A stretch of 64,000 bases of DNA, taken from the NCBI GenBank assembly GCA_002269645.1, contig NIVC01000453.1, positions 100,709 to 164,708 on the forward strand, in the 5' to 3' direction. The notes below the pieces were generated by a model that was not told the DNA's origin, searched no databases, and was given only the letters and a program-made list of their open reading frames with translations. Below, one piece after another: positions 1-30,963 of this stretch. The position numbers and the translations under genes are program-made. The DNA is from Macrostomum lignano (Eukaryota). The stretch's first letter is position 1. Every line of letters starts with the position of its first letter.

Positions 1-228
1 GGCACAATTAGATATCCACAGACACAATTAGATACCTACAGACACAATTAGATGCCTACAGACAAGATTAGATACCCACAGACACAATTAGATACCCACA
101 GACACAGTTAAATACCCACATACACAATTAGATACCTACAGACACAATTAGATACCTACAGACACAATTAGATACCTACAGACACAATTAGATACCCACA
201 GACACACCAAGATGCCTACAGACACAAC
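1..228. repeat. 20-bp intronic minisatellite GACACAATTAGATACC(T/C)ACA
   Basis: About 11 tandem copies, truncated by the window edge. Confidence 0.9.
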
Positions 229-286
229 AATATGCTCAGATCGTCCACCAATCATCACACTGGGCAGCGGACCCGAATAGCCTCAC

Positions 287-20210
<19,924 letters not shown>

Positions 20211-20334
20211 CAGGACTGTTCGCGATGATGAAATGCAGTGTTGCAGTGCGGTTTAGTTTGTCAATTGTCAGGCGAGAGAGAGACAGCTTGCTTAGATGCT
20301 GGACAGTTCCCCCGCTCTCCGCGCAGTCGGGCTC

Positions 20335-20377
20335 TTATACAGGCTAGACCGGCCTATTGGTGGTTGCCATTGGCAAC
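20335..20377 (-). promoter_or_regulatory. Mucin core promoter: RFX X-box, CCAAT, TATA
   Basis: Palindrome GTTGCCATTGGCAAC at 20363-20377 fits GTNRCC(N0-3)RGYAAC. On the minus strand, CCAAT is at 20360-20356 and TATAA at 20339-20335, about 125 nt upstream of the ATG at 20210. Confidence 0.6.
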
Positions 20378-20809
20378 GTACAAATCCGCGCGCGCTACGG
20401 ACGCGGACTGGTCCTGGTTGCTGTCCTATTGAATTATTAAGCGTACTTAATTAAACACACACACACACACACCGCCAATGCGTGTCTGCGCTGGCGGTGA
20501 GCACTTTCTCCGTCTCCAAATGTCCTTGTCGCCAGGACAATGAGAGCTAATCTAATCCAAGTGGTGAGTAGCGAATAATTCATACTATATTGTTTTAATT
20601 ATTTAAGCCTGCCTATAGATACGATTCCAACATTTCATCAACTTGTCGCCAAGGTATTTTTGCTGCCAAGTTATAAATCATTTATTAATTGAGGTCAAGC
20701 AAGTTTCAATACTATAGTAGTGCAAATGATAGCTATAGTATATTAATAACACAATTGTAATGCACTGATTCTTTGACAATCTCAAAGCAAGTTTTTATTA
20801 TTTAGCTCG

Positions 20810-21340
20810 TAGTTCTCCTGCGACAGTGTTATGTGACCAACTGGTTGCGACACTGACATTGTGTTCTGTGAACAACTGGTTGCGACAGTGTTTTGTGTTT
20901 TGTGGCCAATTAGTTTTGACAGTGACACTGTGTTCTGTGACCAACTGGTTGCGACAGTGACATTGTGTTCTGTGACCAACTGGTTGCGACAGTGTTTTGT
21001 GTTTTGTGACCAATTAGTTGTGACAGTGACACTGTGTTCTGTGACCAACTGGTTGCGACAGTGACATTGTGTTCTGTGACCAACTGGTTACGACAGTGTT
21101 TTGTGTTTTGTGACCAATTAGTTGTGAGAGTGACACTGTGTTCTGTGACCAACTGGTTGCGACAGTGTTTTGTGACCAATTAGTTGTGACAGTGACACTG
21201 TGTTCTGTGACCAACTGGTTGCGACAGTGACATTGTGTTTTGTGACCAATTAACTGTGAGTGACATTGTGTTTTGTGACCAACTGGTTGTGACAAGGACG
21301 TTCTGTTTTGTCACTTTTGTGCACAACTGGTTGTGTTAGT
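20810..21340. repeat. Degenerate ~35-bp repeat GTGTTCTGTGACCAACTGGTTGCGACAGTGACATT
   Basis: Tandem variants upstream of the mucin promoter. Confidence 0.88.
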
Positions 21341-21859
21341 GACATTGTTCTGTTTTCAATTGTCACAGAGATATTCCTTCAGAGACCCGAGTCCCAAAAA
21401 ATTCTTTCGCTAGCGTTCTCAGTGACTTTCCTAGTGCTCTTATCGACTATCTCTTACTAAAGAAATGCTCTTACTAAAACTTCAAAATCAATATTAAAGT
21501 ACAAACAGATGTACGGTTTAGCATGGCATAAAAAGGAAAGATTAAAACGTCAAAAAGTTTTAAAATTTTTTCGGGCTTATCTTTTCTAAAAATCAGCGCA
21601 CAATTACCTGCAAAATTGTTTTTTAAGTGAATAAAATTGTGCGCATTCAGATTTCTAGGATATATTTTTTCTCACTAGCGAGTTACACGGCTTAGCAAAG
21701 AATATAGAAAACTTCAGAATAAATAATCAGCCAATGCTACTGCTAGTGGCATGTTGTACTGTACTTTTTGAAGAGTTTTATAGCACAAAAATTGATGAAT
21801 AAATTGGTTTTACATGTACAGTCTAAAAATTATATTTACGAATAAGCATGAAATTGGTC

Positions 21860-22605
21860 GGGTAAATGTCGGTCCCTTTGATCTGTGTAAGTGGGTGAAT
21901 ATCGGTCCCATTAATCTGCTTAGGTGGGGGAGTGTCGGTCCCTTCGATCGGTGTAGGTGGGTAATTGTCGGTCCCTTTGATCGGTGTAGGTGGGTAATTG
22001 TCGGTCCCTTTGATCGGTGTAGGTGGGTAATTGTCGGTCCCTTTGATCGGTGTAGGTGGGTAATTGTCGGTCCCTTTGATCGGTGTAGGTGGGTAATTGT
22101 CGGTCCCTTTGATCGGTGTAGGTGGGTAATTGTCGGTCCCTTTGATCGGTGTAGGTGGGTAATTGTCGGTCCCTTTGATCGGTGTAGGTGGGTAATTGTC
22201 GGTCCCTTTGATCGGTGTAGGTGGGTAATTGTCGGTCCCTTTGATCGGTGTAGGTGGGTAATTGTCGGTCCCTTTGATCGGTGTAGGTGGGTAATTGTCG
22301 GTCCCTTTGATCGGTGTAGGTGGGTAATTGTCGGTCCCTTTGATCGGTGTAGGTGGGTAATTGTCGGTCCCTTCGATCGGTGTAGGTGGGTAATTGTCGG
22401 TCCCTTCGATCGGTGTAGGTGGGTAATTGTCGGTCCCTCTGATCTGCTTAGGTGGGGGAATGTCAGTCCCTCTGATTACTCGTGTGGGGGAATGTTGGTC
22501 CCTCTGATCTGCTTAGGTGGGGGAATGTCAGTCCCTCTGATTACTCGTGTGGGGGAATGTTGGTCCCTCTGATCTGCTTAGGTGGGAGAGTGTCGGTCCC
22601 TTTGT
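21860..22605. repeat. 33-bp minisatellite TTGTCGGTCCCTTTGATCGGTGTAGGTGGGTAA
   Basis: About 22 copies, with an identical core and diverged edge copies. Confidence 0.95.
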
Positions 22606-23918
22606 GACTATTCTATAGTTTGAAAATATTTTTGTCTAATTGACTTTAAAACCGATTTTGTCATTGAAAAAGTCCGTGACAAGTGAGAGGCCATAGGAAG
22701 AGAAGCAACTCAAGTCAGAAAAGTACAAAACCCAATTAAACACGCTAAATAAGTAGTGCTTTTTGCAAGTAAAAATATTAGCAAAATAAAGCAAGCACAC
22801 AGGCACACACAAATTGTATACACATTCGAGCTATAGCATGTATAGAAACGCATTTCAAGTACTTTATGTACTTTAGCGATTAGTTAATTCTTTGGTTTAA
22901 TATAATAGAAACTGTATTGGGTGAGGACACACTGAACTAATACACACTACACAAGCTAGGTGGGCTATAGAAAAGCCGGATTAGCCACTCATACTACTAC
23001 TCGCTGTTCCAAGTAGTAGTAAATCGAGTAAATAATATATTGGATGAATATTGATGTCTGACTAGAATAAAGCATTTTAGAAGACAGAAGAAACAAGGTT
23101 AGCGGTGATCATCTATCATTTAAATAGACGCGATTTGAGACAAACAGAAATAATGAAAGCGATACTGCTTCAAGGCTGAATTGGCGTGTCAACTACATGA
23201 AAAAAAACGAATTGAGCCGATACAGAAACACTGTACAGAAGAAATGAACAAAATTTATGAGCGAAACTCAACTTAAGTACACAAAAGTCGCAATGAACAG
23301 GCTATAAATTTTAGGCAGATTTTCATATACCGCTGCTAATAAATTTAGCCATGAATTGCGCAGCAGGGGGGGGGGCTAAGGAGTTAGCGTCAATACTTAT
23401 AAGCTAATTAAATCTATTGGAACAGAAATTAAAAGCTTGACTTGACATTATGAGCCAACTAATTAAGGGTATTTTCTAAAGCTAACAAATTATTTCAAGG
23501 TTATTACATGTAAGTGCACACAGCACAAGCACGCGTGAAAATGGAAGTTAACAACAGTAATAAATAAATAAACACGCACCCATACACTGCTGTAATATTA
23601 CCAACTTCTATTGGCAGTTACATTATAATTTACATTACATATTATTTTTATAATTGAGTACGATAAATCAGAAATCAATTTTTAAGGCCCTGTGAGACGC
23701 TTGACTAATTATTAGCTCGTAATTATGGGAATGAGAGCTATCTTAACGCATGAAAACAGATACAGTTTTGGTCAGCTTAACTCCACACACCTAGTTTATG
23801 CTGTCACAAGGCGGAGAAGTCAAGCCAATGTCCTTATCGGTGGGGCGTGGGGTTTAGCCAGGAGCTTCTTTTGAAAGGGTGCTATTTCATTTTAGGGGTG
23901 TCTTTATATCATTGTCGA

Positions 23919-24744
23919 CAGCACCAGAGGCGCCAGCACCAGAGGCGCCAGCACCAGAGGCGCCAGCACCAGAGGCGCCAGCACCAGAGGCGCCAGCACC
24001 AGAGGCGCCAGCACCAGAGGCGCCAGCACCAGAGGCGCCAGCACCAGAGGCGCCAGCACCAGAGGCGCCAGCACCAGAGGCGCCAGCACCAGAGGCGCCA
24101 GCACCAGAGGCGCCAGCACCAGAGGCGCCAGCACCAGAGGCGCCAGCACCAGAGGCGCCAGCACCAGAGGCGCCAGCACCAGAGGCGCCAGCACCAGAGG
24201 CGCCAGCACCAGAGGCGCCAGCACCAGAGGCGCCAGCACCAGAGGCGCCAGCACCAGAGGCGCCAGCACCAGAGGCGCCAGCACCAGAGGCGCCAGCACC
24301 AGAGGCGCCAGCACCAGAGGCGCCAGCACCAGAGGCGCCAGCACCAGAGGCGCCAGCACCAGAGGCGCCAGCACCAGAGGCGCCAGCACCAGAGGCGCCA
24401 GCACCAGAGGCGCCAGCACCAGAGGCGCCAGCACCAGAGGCGCCAGCACCAGAGGCGCCAGCACCAGAGGCGCCAGCACCAGAGGCGCCAGCACCAGAGG
24501 CGCCAGCACCAGAGGCGCCAGCACCAGAGGCGCCAGCACCAGAGGCGCCAGCACCAGAGGCGCCAGCACCAGAGGCGCCAGCACCAGAGGCGCCAGCACC
24601 AGAGGCGCCAGCACCAGAGGCGCCAGCACCAGAGGCGCCAGCACCAGAGGCGCCAGCACCAGAGGCGCCAGCACCAGAGGCGCCAGCACCAGAGGCGCCA
24701 GCACCAGAGGCGCCAGCACCAGGGGCGCCAGCACCAGAGGCGCC
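23919..24744. repeat. Perfect 15-bp repeat CAGCACCAGAGGCGC, ~55 copies
   Basis: Starts ~40 nt downstream of the Csk stop codon. One variant unit at ~24722. Confidence 0.97.
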
Positions 24745-24782
24745 TTAATGACATTGGCTCAACTTCTGTACCAGTTGGCAGT

Positions 24783-27700
24783 TCAATTAGCCTCAATAGT
24801 CTTCAACTGCTGCACTATTTCGTCAAAGTTTGGCCGCTGTTCCGGAGTCAGCTCCCAGCAGCGGCGCATCAGTTTGTAAACGTCCGACGGACAGCGTTCG
24901 GGCATTTCCATCCGGTAGCCGTTTAGCACGTGTTTTAACACCTGATCGGTCTTAATCCGGGGATAGGGCATCCGGCCAAACGTGTAGATCTCCCACAGCA
25001 GCACGGCGAACGACCAGACGTCAGATTTGGTGGAGAACTTGGCGTGATCTTTCACGCACTCCGGGGCGGTCCACTTCAAAGGTATTCGCTCCTGGGCACC
25101 GGGAGCTGCTCCGCCGCTGCCACCGTTCGAATGCTGTTTGCTATCGCGAAACGATTTCGCTAGCCCGAAATCCGCCACCTTGGAGGAATCAAAGCGGTTT
25201 AGGAATCCTCAAAATTATAGTTATTAGATAGATATGGATATGGCAAAGGCTGCCTACCTTGGCTCGACAGTCATCATCTAATAGAATATTCCGAGCAGCC
25301 AAATCTCTGTGCACCAGCTGCTTGCCGGCCAGGTAAGCCATGCCAGCTGCGATGTCTCTGGAATCGCGAGCGATGTTGCATTAGGATCTGATTTACATGT
25401 TGCATTAGGGTCTGATGTACATGTTGCATTAGGGTCTGATGTACATGTTGCATTAGGGTCTGATGTGCATGTCGCATTAGGGTCTGATGTGCATGTTGCA
25501 TTAGGGTCTGATGTACATGTTGCATTAGGGTCTGATGTACATGTTGCATTAGGGTCTGATGTACATGTTGCATTAGGGTCTGATGTGCATCATGTTGCAT
25601 TAGGGTCTGATGTGCATGTTGCATTAGGGTCTGATGTACATGTTGCATTAGGGTCTGATGTGCATGTTGCATTAGGGTCTGATGTACATGTTGCATTAGG
25701 GTCTGATGTACATGTTGCATTAGGGTCTGATGTGCATCATGTTGCATTAGGGTCTGATGTGCATGTTGCATTAGGGTCTGATGTGCATCATGTTGCATTA
25801 GGGTCTGATGTACATGTTGCATTAGGGTCTGATGTGCATCATGTTGCATTAGGGTCTGATGTACATGTTGCATCTGGATCTGATGCAGACTAATAAAAAG
25901 AACCTAGTGTACACGTACACTGAATCAAGAGGGCCTGATGTACACTGAATCAAGAGGGCCTGATGTACACTGAATCAAGAGGGCCTGATGTACACTGAAT
26001 CAAGAGGGCCTGATGTACACTGAATCAGGAGGGCCTGATGTACACTGAATCAAGAGGGCCTGATGTACACTGAATCAAGAGGGCCTGATGTACACTGAAT
26101 CAAGAGGGCCTGATGTACACTGAATCAGGAGGGCCTGATGTACACTGAATCAAGAGGGCCTGATGTACACTGAATCAAGAGGGCCTGATGTATCTAGATA
26201 CACTGCAAAGCAAGATATCAAATGTCAACCGAGACTGCAACTTACAGGGCAAATTGTATCTGATTCTCTGGCATAATGACAGTCTGTCCTCGCGATCTCA
26301 GATAGTTGAGCAGCGAGCCCTTGCTCAGCAGTTCAGTCACCAGCATTGGCTGTCCATCCTGCCAGAGCAGCTCGATAAATCTAACTAAATTAGTGTGATT
26401 CAGTTTTCGCATCAGTTCGGCTTCTTCGCTTAGAGCGGCAATTTCTGCTTCAGTTGGCGGTTTCGAATTGTTATTAGCGGCATTGCTGCCGGCCAGTTCA
26501 GGCGCGGCCGTGGAAGCGGCAGCCGCGGCGGCACCACCGGAGATCATGCATTTGACGGCCACCTGTTCGTTTCTATACGTGCCCCGGCGCACCTCGGAGA
26601 ATTCGCCACGGCCAATCACCTCGTGAATTTGTAGATCGCCGTTAGACGCTTGAAAATGCCGCTGCTGATGGGGATGCTGAGGCTGGTGATGAAGATTCAC
26701 CTGTGACACGTCGACACCTTTAACTAATTCGCAGCAGAGACCGTCGGCGTCGTTGCGATAGTGCTGCACCAGCAGGTCCAGAGGGTAGAATCTGCTCTCC
26801 TCGTCTATTGTGTAATAAAATCTGGCCGAATTGAACGTCACCTTCTTGACGTGGTAGTGGCTCACCTGGAACAGACGCGGACAGGTTAGATATAGACATG
26901 CTATGGATGCAGTGATGGACAGACAGACATGCTATAGCTGGAGATAATGGACAAGCAGACATGCTAGGGATGCAGGTGATGGACAGGCAGACATGCTAGG
27001 GATGCAGGTGATGGACAGGCAGACATGCTAGGGATGCAGGTGATGGACAGACAGACATGCTAGGGATGCAGATAATGGACAGACAGACATGCTAGGGATG
27101 CAGATGATGGACAGACAGATATGATATGGATGCAGATGATAGACAGACAGACATGCTAGGGATGCAGATGATGGACAGAGACATGCTAGGGATGCAGAGG
27201 ATGGACAGACAGACATGCTAGGGATGCAGATGATGGACAGACAGATATGATATGGATGCAGATGATAGACAGACAGACATGCTAGGGATGCAGATGATGG
27301 ACAGAGACATGCTAGGGATGCAGATGATGGACAGAGACATGCTAGGGATGCAGATGATGGACAGAGACATGCTAGGGATGCAGATAATGGACAGACAGAC
27401 ATGCTAGGGATGCAGATGATGGACAGACAGATATGATATGGATGCAGATGATAGACAGACAGACATGCTAGGGATGCAGATGATGGACAGACAGATATGA
27501 TATGGATGCAGATGATGGACAGACAGATATGATATGGATGCAGATGATGGACAGACAGACATGCTAGGGATGCAGATGATAGACAGACAGACATGCTAGG
27601 GATGCAGATGATGGACAGACAGACATGCTAGGGATGCAGATAATGGAAAGACAGATATCCTATGGATGCAGATGATGGACAGACAGACATGCTAGGGATG

Positions 27701-29154
27701 CAGATGATAGACAGACAGACATGCTAGGGATGCAGATGATGGACAGACAGACATGCTAGGGATGCAGATAATGGAAAGACAGATATCCTATGGATGCAGA
27801 TGATGGACAGACAGACATGCTAGGGAAGCAGATGATAGACAGACAGACATGCTAGGGATGCAGATAATGGACAGACAGACATGCTAGGGATGCAGAGGAT
27901 GGACAGACAGACATGCTATAGATGCAGATGATGGCCAGACAGATATGCTATAAATGCAGATGATGGACAGACAGACATGCTAGGGATGCAGATAATGGAC
28001 AGACAGACATGCTAGGGATATAGATAGAGAAAAGATCTCTTCCATCAGAGAGAATGATAAAGAAAATTTGCCAGAGCCGGAACAATTACAACTACAGTCA
28101 GCAACAAAAGAATTGTTTTGAAGTTCGCACCTGGTTGCTGAAGACAACAGACAGGGTGAGGTCGCCGGGATGGTTTGAGCTCAGGCGAACCAGAAATAGG
28201 CCGTTGATATTTCTGGGCACCAGTCGTTTGTCGGTCTCTGCCCGACTAATGGAGCCGTGAAACCAAGGATACGCGGATAGATCCTCAGAGTCGCCTAAGG
28301 CTATATAGTTCTCAGGCACCAGGCCTTTCTGGTGACGCGAGTTCTCAGCCACAATCCAATTGGGATCCTGCGAAATCGGATTAGTAATTAGAACGATTGA
28401 GCAGTGCGAATTCCCCATACAGTATAATACCCTTGGGGATTTATTCATCCCCATGAGAATTCCCCCATTCAGTATAATACCCTTGGGGATTTATTCATCC
28501 CCATGAGAATTCCCCCATTCAGTACAATACCCTTGGGGATTTATTCATCCCAACGAGAATTCCCCCATTCAGTACAATACCCTTGGGAATTTATTCATCC
28601 CCATGAGAATTCCCCAATACAGTATAATACCCTTGGGGATTTATTCATCCCCATGAGAATTCCCCAAAATACAGTATAATACCCTTGGGGATTTTTTTAT
28701 CCCCATGAGAATTCCCCGATACAGTATAATACATTAGGGATTTATTCATCCCCATGAGAATTCCCCAAAATACAGTATAATACCTTAGGGATTTATTTAT
28801 CTCCATGCAAATTCCCCTGACATAATTAAGTTTAAATTTATGAGACTGATCAAAATTCCCATATAGTTAAATTTTTTAAACAGATTTATTCCCACAAAAT
28901 TTAGCCCTCTATGCCAAAATATAATTCAGATTCTAAAGTATCCCTATTTGAAGAAAGATGAAAAACAAACTAAATTGAAACAAAGAATTGGAAAAATTAT
29001 TTACATCCAAGCATTCCACAACAGTGAGATCTTCGCCTTCCTTGATTGGCAAATCCTCAGCACACTTGCCAGCATAGTCGAACAGTACAAAAACAGTCTG
29101 GCCAACAGATATTTGTCGCGGAACTGTTTGGCTGGCTGTCATTGCCGGATGCAT
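24783..29154 (-). CDS. CSK: C-terminal Src kinase (Csk)-like tyrosine kinase, SH3-SH2-kinase
   Basis: Exons 29154-29005, 28367-28131, 26865-26246, 25357-25258, 25178-24783 (TGA), phases consistent. SH3 (LFDY...DL...W...GLVPENY), SH2 (PWFHGSISR...FLVR), [48 protein letters not shown]. No N-terminal Gly2, no activation-loop Tyr and no C-terminal regulatory Tyr, as in Csk rather than Src. Confidence 0.9.
25375..26195. repeat. Two adjacent related minisatellites (24-bp CATGTTGCATTAGGGTCTGATGTA; 25-bp TGAATCAAGAGGGCCTGATGTACAC)
   Basis: Both lie in Csk intron 26245-25358 and share CTGATGTACA. Confidence 0.92.
26885..28020. repeat. ~32-bp minisatellite GACAGACAGACATGCTAGGGATGCAGATGATG
   Basis: Fills Csk intron 28130-26866. 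Confidence 0.93.
28405..28810. repeat. 50-bp minisatellite (GAATTCCCCCATTCAGTATAATACCCTTGGGGATTTATTCATCCCCATGA)
   Basis: About 8 copies in Csk intron 29004-28368. Confidence 0.9.
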
Positions 29155-29449
29155 TGTCTCAATTGACAAAGGCGAACTGATTGTTTTTAGTTGAGTAATT
29201 TAAATTTACTAAAAGTAGGAAAATAAGAGAGCAGCATTAATAATAGATTATCTAGAATAGGAAAAATATAATTTTAGGGCAAATTTGTTTAATAAATAAC
29301 AAACTTTTTACTTATGTGCAAATGAATATAATAATATACATAATAAATATATTAGATTCTTCTGATCTAATTTGATGCTCATATACACATTTTGTGTTGT
29401 TCATTTGGAGCCTGACTCCATAGAGGTCATGAAAGAAATGCAGGAGTTA

Positions 29450-30200
29450 CAATACAAGCACAAAATGCAAGGACAGATTTCTTTATTAAACTATGAGATT
29501 TTTGGCAATAGCAGAGTACTGTCAATGTGTCAAATAAGGCTTGCTTAAACACCAGCAGAATGCAAGGCGAAGACTTCTATTTCTACTTTCTATTGAAAGA
29601 GAAATAAGTTTGTTCTATAGAGGACAGTCTCAAGCCTTAGCCTTGATATACAATGTTTTGAAGCCTCAAAGCAATATTATCATTCTTGGAAAAAAAGAAT
29701 GTGATGATTTTTTATTGGAGGGATATGTTTGCTAGAGCACATGGCACATGTGACTTCAAACGGCCAACAAAATCACCAATTTTGGATGACCGAAAGACGA
29801 TACAGATTTTTTCTGTTAAGCATGTTGTTGAAAAGTTTGCTGATTTTGTTTTTAAAGATAAGATATGGATAACCAAAGAAAGGAAGAATGATGATTGGTT
29901 CACTGGGGTTGATGTTTTCAGCTTTAGTGGTTTGTTGTGGGTTGACTTTATCGGTAGTGAATTTATTGATGTTGTAGTAGATGAAAGCAAGTGGGTAGCC
30001 TGCATGCAGGTGTTGTCTACCGTTTCAACTGCTCTGGTGGCCAGAGCGTCTCCTATGTGGGGAAAACATAGGCACTTGCATACCAGAACCAGAGAGCACT
30101 GGCTCAAACCATTGGCCATTCAAACCCACCTCTTAGAATGCAATAGCTGCTCTAACAGCATTCCTAATGAATGCTTTATAGTTTATAATAATTATCGACC
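29450..30200 (-). mobile_element. Degenerate Penelope-like retroelement fragment (RT C-terminus/linker)
   Basis: Broken minus-strand frames read PIIILPFFGYPYLIFKNKISKLFNNML and ICIVFRSSKIGDFVGRLKSHVPCAL. These resemble the 'LPYLG...IRIVFRSS..L..FF..KD.IP' linker that precedes GIY-YIG in Penelope elements. Confidence 0.45.
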
Positions 30201-30438
30201 AATGTACATCTGACTATAAACTTAAGATTCTTGAGGTCATACACATAAAAGCTTTGTCCCCCAACCTCAACACTCAACTCCAACATAGTGGCATAGACCA
30301 TGTTCTCCATGTTTTTTAAGTTTTGAGAGAGAACACCAACTATGGACTACACTGCTCTGCCAAAATTTCTGTCCCTGATCTGCCTATTAATCTTCAGACA
30401 AATTTACTGTATAGAATAATTAATTACTCATCAAAAAA

Positions 30439-30735
30439 CATACATGCGCAACAGTCGGCCGAGTCGGCCGATCCGGCCGACCGATTTGGCAGCCAATCAA
30501 GGAAGTCGCAAAAATGCCCACCCAAAAAAACCTAAGTAGTATTACTAAGTAGCTGACGAGGCATTTTGCCCTAATAAGACAGTCATAGTTACTCCTGCCG
30601 TTTACCCAAAGTTGCGTTAATTTTGCTTTACAGTTTTTATTACATGTAAGTCGCATTTTTGGCCAAAAACTACGTCGCATTTTTGTTAAAACTAAGTTGC
30701 ATGGCCGACCGAATTTCGGAGGTTGCGCATGTATG
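30439..30735. mobile_element. hAT-type MITE (297 bp)
   Basis: Perfect 14-bp TIR CATACATGCGCAAC (30439-30452 / 30722-30735) and perfect 8-bp TSD TCAAAAAA (30431-30438 / 30736-30743). Confidence 0.9.
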
Positions 30736-30963
30736 TCAAAAAATCTTTTTTGCCTCACACAAATACTTATAATTGTTAGCCTCAGTTTTTTTGTTCTAAT
30801 AAAATAAACCTGAAGATGCACCATGGAGTGCAAAATGTGTCAACTTACAAATGTTGATAGTTGGTTTTTTATTCTTATTATTACACAAGCTATTAAAAAC
30901 TGATAGACATATGTTGTGTTGCTGCTGTGGTCCCAGTTGGCACTTTGAACTAAAACCTTAGTT

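Noticed and set aside
23847-24926. ORFs of PEAPA / RRQHQ / LAPLV / WCWRL repeats
   Set aside because: A stop-free 15-bp repeat opens all frames, with no supporting start context or unique domain.
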